Origin: Candidatus Omnitrophota bacterium
Lineage (GTDB): Bacteria > Omnitrophota > Gorgyraeia > Gygaellales > Profunditerraquicolaceae
Reading direction: 5' to 3'
NCBI GenBank assembly: GCA_030650425.1
Contig: JAUSED010000003.1
Coordinates: forward strand, 263,903-327,902
Length of the DNA: 64,000 nt
Part shown: positions 31,827-41,000 of the stretch, one piece after another
Layout of the letters: every line of letters begins with the position of its first letter
Position numbering within the stretch: the first letter of the stretch is position 1
Made by a program: the position numbers and the translations under genes
Notes under the pieces: generated by a model
Seen by the model: only the letters and a program-made list of their open reading frames with translations
Told to the model about the DNA's origin: nothing
The model's database searches: none

Positions 31827-31827
31827 G

Positions 31828-32244
31828 ATGCGTAAACGCACAGTTGCCCGGGAATTCGCTTTACAGGTTCTTTATCAGTTGGATATCACTAATGATACTC
31901 CTGAAAATGCGTTAGAAAATTTTTGGTCTAACCATAAGGATGAAGAGATTGAGGCTAGCCTAAAAGAGTTTTCTTCCGAGCTGGTTAAGGGTGTAGCGCT
32001 CAATCTGGAAGAGATCGATAAGAGTATAATGCGCTATGCGGCCAACTGGCAGCTTAAGCGGATGGCTGTTGTAGATAGAAATATTATGCGTTTGGGAGCT
32101 TTCGAGCTTTTATACCGCGAGGATATCCCTCCTAAAGTCTCGATCAACGAGGCGGTTGAGCTGGCTAAAAAATTTTCCGGGCTGGAATCCGGAAAATTCG
32201 TTAATGCGATATTAGATAAAGTCAAGCTTGAGAAAAATAAATGA
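31828..32244 (+). CDS. nusB: transcription antitermination factor NusB
   Basis: 138 aa. AREFALQVLYQ start. Conserved ribH-nusB adjacency. Confidence 0.9.
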   Translation: MRKRTVAREFALQVLYQLDITNDTPENALENFWSNHKDEEIEASLKEFSSELVKGVALNLEEIDKSIMRYAANWQLKRMAVVDRNIMRLGAFELLYREDIPPKVSINEAVELAKKFSGLESGKFVNAILDKVKLEKNK

Positions 32245-33083
32245 GCCTTTTATCTTCCAAGCGTTCAGCGGACCTGCATCTGCACACCTTATTTTCCGAT
32301 GGCACTTATACCCCTGAAGAATTAGTTTCACAGAGCCTTAAGGCCGGTTTATCGGCCATTGCCGTGGTTGACCACGATACAGTAGAAGGCGTGAGCCCGA
32401 CAATCGCGGAGGCTAAAGATCAAGCATTAGAGGTTTTGGCAGGTATAGAGTTAAGCGCGGCCTATGAGGATAAGGAAATCCATATCCTCGGTTATTTAAT
32501 CGACCATCAGAATAAAATTCTGCTTAAGAAGCTGGAATCCTTAAAAGAGAATCGTATTGAACGCGTACATAAGATGGTTGAAAAATTAAATAACCTCGGG
32601 ATAGATTTAAAACCTGAAAGCGTATTTGCTCTATCTGGAAATGGCACTGTAGGCAGGCTGCATATCGCGCGAGCCTTGGTTAAGGAAGGTTTGGTTCGTT
32701 CGCTATCCGAGGTATTTCAGAAATATATCGGCGATAATGGCCCGGCTTATGTTTTAGGATTCCGTTTTAGTCCTAAGGAGGCGATAAAGTTTATTAAGGA
32801 TTCAGGAGGGGTGCCTGTTTTGGCTCACCCTTATACCCTGCATAATGACGAGCTGATTTTAGAGTTCGTAAAATTAGGGCTGATGGGTTTGGAAGTTTAT
32901 TATCCGGAACATTCGCAAGGTATGGTTAATTTTTATCTAGAGCTGGCTAAGCAAAATAATTTATTGGTCACAGGAGGTTCGGATTGCCACGGTAAGGCTA
33001 AGCCGGAGGTACGTTTAGGCTCGATTAAAGTGCCTTATGAATTGGTTGAGAAATTAAAAGCAGCCAAAGAGGGTTTAAAATGA
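32241..33083 (+). CDS. PHP-domain phosphoesterase (TrpH/YciV/RNase AM-like)
   Basis: 280 aa. N-terminal DLHLHTLFSDG metal-binding motif of the PHP family. Sits inside the rib operon. Confidence 0.8.
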   Translation: MSLLSSKRSADLHLHTLFSDGTYTPEELVSQSLKAGLSAIAVVDHDTVEGVSPTIAEAKDQALEVLAGIELSAAYEDKEIHILGYLIDHQNKILLKKLESLKENRIERVHKMVEKLNNLGIDLKPESVFALSGNGTVGRLHIARALVKEGLVRSLSEVFQKYIGDNGPAYVLGFRFSPKEAIKFIKDSGGVPVLAHPYTLHNDELILEFVKLGLMGLEVYYPEHSQGMVNFYLELAKQNNLLVTGGSDCHGKAKPEVRLGSIKVPYELVEKLKAAKEGLK

Positions 33084-34174
33084 AAACTCACGAATATTAC
33101 ATGGATCTGGCGATGAAATTAGCCTTAAAGGGTAAAGGATTGACTTCCCCTAATCCTTTGGTAGGCAGCGTAGTAGTAAAAAACGGCAATATTATAGGTA
33201 GGGGTTTTCATGCTAAGGCAGGGCTTGCTCACGCGGAAGTTATCGCTCTGGATGAAGCAGGTGATCAGGCAGAAGGAGGCACGCTTTATGTCACTTTAGA
33301 GCCTTGCGTTCACTTTGGCCGCACCCCTCCTTGCGTGGCTCGGATTATTAAAAGTGGGGTTAAAGAAGTGATTATCGGGATGATTGACCCTAATCCTTTA
33401 AATAATGGTAAAGGAAGCGAAATTCTTAAACAAAATAAGATAAAGGTGCAAGTCGGTTTCTTGGAAGATAAATTAAAAATGATGAATGAGGCGTTCATCA
33501 AATATATTACCAAAAAGATTCCTTTCATTACGGTTAAAGTCGCTGAATCTTTGGATGGCCGGATTGCTACGCGTACAGGCGATTCTAAATGGATAACTTC
33601 GGATAAATCCCGGGGCTTTGCGCACCGTTTGCGCGGAGATTTTGACGCGATTATGGTTGGAGTAAATACTGTTCTAAGGGATAACCCTAAGTTAGACGCC
33701 TGGTTTTCTAAAAAACAACCAATAAAGATCGTTGTGGATAGCCAGTTAAGTACGCCTGAAAAAGCGAATATATTTTCCGGGGCAAAGCCGGTGATTATCG
33801 CCACGCTGGCTAGTAATTTAGGCCAAGAGACTGAAAATAGGCAGATACTTGCCAGTAAAGCGCAGATCCTGGAGATTAAAGAGAAGGCAGGCCAAATTAA
33901 TTTAAAGGATATGCTCAAAAAATTAGCGGGCATGGGGATTGCCAATATACTGGTTGAAGGCGGAGGAATGCTTATCGGTTCATTATTCGACGAGGGTTTG
34001 GTGGATAAAATAATGTTTTTTATCAGCCCTAAGATTATCGGCGGAAAAGACGCGATTAGTTCGGTTATGGGGCAGGGGGTTTCGCGCGTAGAACGGGCGC
34101 TAAAGTTAAAAGATATTACCCTAAAGCGTTTTGGCGAAGATTTTTTGATTGAAGGGTATATTAAATCTATGTAG
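33080..34174 (+). CDS. ribD: bifunctional diaminohydroxyphosphoribosylaminopyrimidine deaminase / 5-amino-6-(5-phosphoribosylamino)uracil reductase
   Basis: 364 aa. CMP/dCMP deaminase zinc motif (HAEVIAL...PCVHFGRTPPC) and a C-terminal RibD reductase domain. Confidence 0.9.
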   Translation: MKTHEYYMDLAMKLALKGKGLTSPNPLVGSVVVKNGNIIGRGFHAKAGLAHAEVIALDEAGDQAEGGTLYVTLEPCVHFGRTPPCVARIIKSGVKEVIIGMIDPNPLNNGKGSEILKQNKIKVQVGFLEDKLKMMNEAFIKYITKKIPFITVKVAESLDGRIATRTGDSKWITSDKSRGFAHRLRGDFDAIMVGVNTVLRDNPKLDAWFSKKQPIKIVVDSQLSTPEKANIFSGAKPVIIATLASNLGQETENRQILASKAQILEIKEKAGQINLKDMLKKLAGMGIANILVEGGGMLIGSLFDEGLVDKIMFFISPKIIGGKDAISSVMGQGVSRVERALKLKDITLKRFGEDFLIEGYIKSM

Positions 34175-34190
34175 GGATTGATTTATTGAT

Positions 34191-34228
34191 AAATTCGTAG
34201 CGGACATTTAAATGTCCGCTACGAATTT
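34191..34228. repeat. perfect 38-bp palindrome (19-nt arms, no spacer) in the ribD-ribE intergenic region
   Basis: AAATTCGTAGCGGACATTT|AAATGTCCGCTACGAATTT. It shares the GGACAyTT-AArTGTCC core with other palindromes in the window and swallows the upstream ATG at 34212. Confidence 0.8.
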
Positions 34229-34238
34229 TAGAAAGCTT

Positions 34239-34811
34239 ATGTTCTCAGGCATAATTGAAGAATTAGGGATAGTAAAAAGTATTTCTCGCAAGGGCAATAT
34301 CACGCTTCTTGCAATCAATGCTGAAAAAACTTTGGTCGATACCAAAATAGGCGACAGCATAGCTGTAAACGGCGCCTGCCTTACCGCCGTAGAGATAAAA
34401 AAAGATTCTTTTACCTTTGAGGTAATGCCTCAGACTTTAAAAATTACTAATCTCGGGGCCTTAAGAATCGGGGAGAAGGTTAATCTTGAACGCAGCCTTA
34501 AGGTCGGCGACAGGATATCCGGGCATTTTGTCTTAGGCCATATTGATTGCTTGGGGATTATCCGTAAAAAAGGCTACTCTGGTGGTAATCTGGCTTTTGA
34601 AATAGCCATCCCGCCTGAATTTATTAAATATTGTCTGGCTAAAGGTTCGATTGCTGTAGATGGGATCAGCCTGACCATCGCGGATAGGAAATCCAGCGCG
34701 TTTAGCGTCTATATCATCCCACATACCCTCAAAAATACAACTTTAGGTTTCAAAGGCCCGTCAGATAAAGTGAATATCGAATTTGACCTCTTGGCCAAAA
34801 GAGAAAACTAA
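34239..34811 (+). CDS. ribE: riboflavin synthase alpha subunit
   Basis: The conserved N-terminus MFSGIIEELG begins at the ATG at 34239. The ORF-track start at 34212 lies inside the palindrome. Two lumazine-binding repeats are present. Confidence 0.85.
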   Translation: MFSGIIEELGIVKSISRKGNITLLAINAEKTLVDTKIGDSIAVNGACLTAVEIKKDSFTFEVMPQTLKITNLGALRIGEKVNLERSLKVGDRISGHFVLGHIDCLGIIRKKGYSGGNLAFEIAIPPEFIKYCLAKGSIAVDGISLTIADRKSSAFSVYIIPHTLKNTTLGFKGPSDKVNIEFDLLAKREN

Positions 34812-34925
34812 AAAAAATCCCAAAAAAACTTGAAATTAGCTAAATTTGTGTTAAACTTAAAACAATTGTAGATATTAAGCTTAGCGCTTTTGCTGGAGGG
34901 CGAAAGCGCCTGGAAAAGCAGTTAG

Positions 34926-34975
34926 AACCAGAAGGCTGTTAGATAAAAGGGTCAGCTTTCTGGTTTTTTTATTTT
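34926..34975 (+). terminator. rho-independent terminator of the rib operon
   Basis: AACCAGAAGGCTG...CAGCTTTCTGGTT stem followed by TTTTTTTATTTTATT. Confidence 0.7.
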
Positions 34976-35003
34976 ATTCCCGTCATTACGGGAGTTATCC
35001 ACA

Positions 35004-35033
35004 GGGTAGGGGACACTTAAGTGTCCCCTACCC
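35004..35033. repeat. perfect 30-bp palindrome GGGTAGGGGACACTT|AAGTGTCCCCTACCC immediately 5' of the giant-ORF RBS
   Basis: 15-nt arms with no spacer. It ends 1 nt before the AGGAGG RBS at 35034-35039 and belongs to the GGGGACA-core palindrome family. Confidence 0.8.
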
Positions 35034-35045
35034 AGGAGGCCATCA

Positions 35046-38000
35046 ATGCGTTCATTAAGAAAGGTTTTATCCTTAGCTTTAATTCTAAGCCTACTCTTCC
35101 AGCAAATCGGCTTTGCCCAGATTGCTAGCGAGTTAAATATCGCCGGTTATCTCTCCCGGATGAGTAGCAATCTCTCAGTAGAAAAATTCCGTCCCGCGCA
35201 CCTGCGTTACTTCTCCTATAATAGTCTAAATGACAACTTCAAGGTACTCTTAGATAAAGGAGACTCTCCTACCAGCAGGGGACATTTTCCGTCAGGGCTA
35301 TCAGGGAACTCTTTAAAGGAAAGTGTCCCCTGGGACAAGGCTAAGCTTCAATCCGAAACCCAAACCCTGCTTAGTTATTTCCTCATAGGCGTAACCCTTC
35401 CAGATTCTATGTTCTGGGTCAACCTACGCCCTGACTCCGAAGACCAGATCATTGACCAATACTTAGAGAAAACAGACGTAGGCAGGATTATGCTGGAAGC
35501 TGACCTCCAGCTCAAGAAAGACACCGCTCAAATGACCTCTCCAGCTACCCCTGAAGGAAGAGAATACTGGGATAGGCTCTATAAGAAAGCCGCCGACCTT
35601 TACGGCTATGACAATGTGACTATTCCCACCTTAACCCGTCCTTGGATTGTTCCGGGTGAGATTATAGTCAGAGAGTCTAAAGATAGCGCCTATATCTATA
35701 AAGCTACGCTAAAAGTTATGCTAGAGCAGGATTACCTAAAGAGCTCCAAACTCCAAGCCCTAAGTTCTCAGTCAGACTATTCTTTTAAAGATATTCGCTC
35801 TAAAGCTCTTAATGAATACTCTACCCAACTAATCAAAGAACTAATTATTCCTAAACTTACTAAAGAAGTCAACTCATCCAAAAGATACGCTCCCCTAAGA
35901 CAGGTCTATTACTCTTTAATCCTCTCCCGCTGGTTTAAGCAGAAATTCAGAGGACTCTCCAAACCAGCAGGGGACATTTTCCGTCAAGGCTCTCACGAAG
36001 CAACTCAAAGGAAAGTGTCCCTTGCCTTTGTTAATCTTATCGATACCAAAAACCTCACCAACCTCATCTCCAAAGACTCCTGGAGCAAAACCGACTACTT
36101 CAAGCAATACCAGAAGTCCTTCTCCTCAGGCGAATACAATATCCAAGAGTCGGTGTATACTCCCACAGGCCAAGTTATCCGCAGCTACTTTAGCGGGGGG
36201 ATACAGATGGATGGAGCAGGAAGCCCGATAAATAATCCAGTTGGTTTTACTAACCTTGCTGATAAAGGAGATAGATTCTACAAAATTTCCAGAGGTGCAA
36301 ATCTAATAGGGATGGAGGGAAATTTTCGCACTGGGATTAAACTTTCCGCCGGTTCGCTGGTTGAGCTAACTGTGGAAGAGAAGAATAAGGTTTTGGAGAT
36401 TAGCAGCATACTTACCGGGATAAATGAAGCTACGCTAACTAATTCCGCGAAAATTGGCGAGATTAGAGAAAAATTAGGGGAAGTTCCGCTTATGGGACGT
36501 GTTGATTACATTTTCTCTTATGTACCAGGAAGCCAGATGACTCAAATGAAAAAAGTTATTATCCAAACACGGATCAAAGTTTTACGAAATAGTATTGTGG
36601 CTGATGTAGACAAGCGTCTTTCCGAACTCCTAAAAGGATTCAGAGAGATTAAAGGGATATCTGGCTCACCGGTAGAATTGACACCGGAAGACAGGAGGCA
36701 GATAGAAGAGATCCTTGGGCCAATAGACGAAGTCAGAGGTATAACCGATTACAATAGAATATCACCTATTGAAGGTAGATTAAAAACAGAAATACCGATG
36801 CAAAAGATTATATTGTATGCTCAAGAGTTTTTAAGCCCAGACCATGATCCTTCGCCGCTTCCAGTTAATAGAAGAGTTATCTTAGCAATAAAGTCTATTG
36901 TACTGCTTAGAACCATTATCGGCGAGAGCATTAAAGAAAGCACGCTGGCAGTTACGAATGCCCGTTTTATCGAAGAGCTCGCTCAAGTACGAGCCAATAT
37001 GTCTAATGGTGTTGCTTTATTAGCGGGCTACAATACATTTATAAGTAGATTGCAATTGCCTGATGAGTTTGTACATTTGAGGCTTTTCTCCGATAGCATA
37101 ATAGAAACATTTAATCAGATTAAACAAATATTCGATGCAAAGTCCTCCAATTCTCCGGTTAACCCGAAAGAATTAAAGAGGCTTGAGACAGCGATTGCCA
37201 ACGTAGCTGGTTCTATTTCTCCTGAGAAAAGAATGGAAGCTCTAGAGCGGGACTTAAAGGGTTTTCCGCTAACAGTGCTCAGAGTAAAGAAAGAGGAAAT
37301 GGAATCAAACACTGGTAATCATAACAATGATGACGCATTATATTCTGCGCTGTGTAATATTATCGCTGATAAAGAAAACCCATCAAGTCCCAATAACGAT
37401 AACCTATTAGGAGACGGTTCGATTAGGCAAAAACTCGAAAGTGTAACGCCGGCAACCGCACTAGATCGTGATGCAATGATTGCAAAAATCGAAGAATTAT
37501 CGAAAATCTCTTCTTTCTCTCTTGAAGAATATAAGAGAAGTGTGGCGAGGAATCCGGCAATAGATAAACGCAGGCGTCTTATACAAATAGAATTGTTAGG
37601 TGCGGCTATCGAAAAGAAAAAATCCAAAAATAATAAACCTGAAGCTTCCTCCGGTTCGCCGGTAGATAGGATTACAAAAGAGGAAGCCGAGGCTTGGCTT
37701 AGTCATAATATTAAGATACCAGAAAAAGTTGACTTGAACACTGGAATAGGCAATCATCCTAAGGAGTTTTCTCTTAATAAAAAAAGAATTAAAGAAGCCA
37801 TATATCCATTCTTGATGAGTTTACCAAGATCTGTTGAGCCGGAGAAGTTTGAATTTACATTTGAATTATCGAGTGTTTGGGTTTTAACGATTAGGGTACG
37901 CTATGGCGGTGAGACCAAAACAAATCCGCTAGTATTTCGTTTCTATTATCCCTATATTGAAGCTAATAAGTTTGACTCGGAAAAGTTAGCTGATGTAGAA

Positions 38001-41000
38001 AACACAATCATAGAAGAGATAAAAAGGGATTTTGTTTATAGGATTTTTGGACATTTCTACGGTGAACCATGGAAGCCTATTGAGGAATTTATCCAGATTT
38101 CTTGGAACAAGACAAATGATAACAGCAATTTGTATTTAGGAAAACAGTATCAAGGAGGCTTGAAGCCCGACTCATTTTTAGCTAAAGGCTCTCATGTTAA
38201 AAAGTATGGAAACGATACGCCAGTCGTTGATTTTATGGAGCTCTTGGATGCTTGGTTACAAGAAGGAGAGGCGGTATTTAGTGTTCCTGAAGCTACGCCT
38301 GAAGAGACAAGAAAGCAGGCAGAGCAAAATTTAGCATTTTTTAAGCTATACTTTAATAGAGATCTATCTGGTTCGCCGGATCAAAAATTCAACAGCTCGC
38401 CGATAGAAAAAAGCGATTCAAAACCAATAATATTGATTGTTGATGATGACGAAAATATTAGATGGATGATTAAAAATGAATTAAGGAAACAAGGTTTTGA
38501 GCCGGATCAATTATTGGAGGCTGAAAGCGGAGAAGAAGCCTTGAAAATATTAAATAAACAAAGAATAGACCTTGTTTTAAGTGACTATAACATGCCGTCC
38601 GGGATAAATGGGGGAGAGCTTTATGTGAAGATGTCAAAAAGCGCTGCCCTAAACAAAATCCCTTTTGTGATGTTAACCGGTGATCCAGATTCTGTAAGGA
38701 AAGAGCTTAAGCTTCCTGAGGGTGTACAGATACTTAACAAGTTCGCATCATTCGCGGAAGTTATTTACCCTGTTATGTTATCATTAATAAATGACAAGGA
38801 AAGAAAACCAGCCGTCGGCTCGCTGACTGAAACTTCTAAAGAAAATAATCCAGTCAACTCGCCTATTTTTAAAACGAAATTTTCAGCTAATGAGTTTACT
38901 AGTAAGGAAGGATTAATACAAGACCTGAAAAAGCTCGACGGGTTTCTTAAGGGAAAGGAAGGAAATGGCGAGCTTGTTTTTACGCTCAAATGGCTTGAAT
39001 GGATTAGTTTGGATAGAAGTTGGCGTGAAGGATTAATTGATTTACCAGATACTTCGGATTTCATCCTTAACTTCGCTAAATTTATTCATTTGTATTTATC
39101 AGAAACAGGGATAGGGAATGTTTCTCTTAAAGATAAACTAAATATAGCTAACAAACTTTGGGTGCGCCATTTAGAATTTATTGATAAATCCGGACAAATT
39201 GTACCGCCTCACCAAGCATTTTATTCTTATCGGTTTGCCAGCGAGATTAAAACACAAGGCGAAGTTGCTCTGCGTTTTTCCGTAGCTAAATCTGCGGTAG
39301 AGAAGGTGCGTTGGGCAGTTGAAAGTATCCCTGCAATGAGGGTGCGGTTGGATACTCTGGCGTTAGATACGGGATTATCTGTTGATGAGGTTATCGAAGC
39401 GCTAAAGACTATTAACGAAAAACGGAATGATTATGAGCTTCAAGGCGATATTCTTATTATCCCGAAAGTAACAAATGATTACTTGGATTTTAGGCCTTTT
39501 AGTGAAGAAGCGCGCCGATTAGGAGAGGCCTTACAGAATTTCGGTCTTCCAGAAGATGTAACGGTGATTATGCAATCATCAGGGTTGACTCTTGAAGGAT
39601 TGAAGTTTGCAGTGCAAGAGGCTAATGCTGTCAAAATATATAGGCCAACACTTGAGGTGCGCGATAGTAAGCTTACCTTTTTTACATACGATAGTAAAGG
39701 CAATCCGGTATATCCTAGTGCAGAGATGCCGTTAATAGTTCAGAGGAATACCAGCGATTCTGCTCTAGCCAGCTCGGCGATGCAGGTGAAGGATGCAGGG
39801 TTACCGGGTTTGCTTGGAGAAGATTTTAGCAAAGCGGATGTTAAAGTAATGCCGTTTGTGCTTAGTCGAGATGAAATTCCTGGTAAAGTTTTTAGTATTA
39901 TAGAAGCAACGTTAAAAAACCTTGAGAAGGATTTTCGTGGAATTTTGATTGAAAGACGAAACGGCCTGCTTTACGCTATAGACAAAGAATCCCAAGGAAC
40001 TTTACCAATTGATAAATCTAAGTCCATTACAACTCTGAAAGAAATTCTAGAAGCGGATTATTCTGAAAATCAACAGTTTACTTTTGTATGGATAAGTACT
40101 TCTGCTTATTCTGCGTTGGAGATAAGGCCTAAATATCCGTTGGCCGCCGGTTCGCCGACAACACTTGAGGAAGCGGTAAAATTTTTGCATTTTTTACAAG
40201 TGAATTGGATGCGTTTTCAGATTAGAGATGAGGAATCTTTTAAATATTTTGAGGAGCATGATAATAAGTTAGATAATGTAGATAATAGAATAGTCTATTC
40301 TGTGCCTCCAAATAAAAATGTAGCTGGGGGTTTTAATTTCGTAGTTAAAGATAGCGTAGAGCCGGAACAATTATTGGAGCGAGTTTTAAATTTCATAAAC
40401 GGAAGAAAAATCGTATGGAGCAATGAAAAAGAGCAGAAGGAAATCGCAGAAGGAATTACCACTAAGCTTAGTTCCTTAAGGCAAGCCAGCTCGGCGATGC
40501 AACAGGTTGAACCGGTTAACGTGAGAATGGTTGAAGCTGAAGAAGGGATAATAATACGAGGGGAGGTTGTAGTTCCGGCTGAAGTGAAAAACGGTCAATC
40601 AATAATGAGAATAAGGGTAGCAGGTGAAAATAGCGTGATTGTACTATTTAGTCTTCAGTTTTATAAGGGTACTGCCTTTGTGAGCGAAATCCTAGGAAAA
40701 CGAACATTTCTTTCGGGAACACCAAAGATAGAGTCACATGCCATAAAGTTTGATACAATTAAAGACATCTTGACAGTAGAGACACGAGATCCATATTGGA
40801 ATGGATATGAATATAAAGCAGATGTTATTTCATCCAGCTCGGCGGTGGAATTAAAAGAGGGGAATAAGTACTCTTTTTATGGGAAATACGGTTTATTGCG
40901 AGGTTGGGAGATAAAAATAAATAAACTTTTTGAAGACGGTAGTATTGAAGTAACGTTGGTTGAGCCCGAAAGCAAAGCAGGGAAGGCGTCCATAAAGAAC

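Noticed and set aside
34212-34238. Upstream ATG start for ribE (MSATNFRKL...)
   Set aside because: This ATG sits in the centre of a 38-bp perfect palindrome. The conserved riboflavin synthase N-terminus MFSGIIEE begins at 34239.
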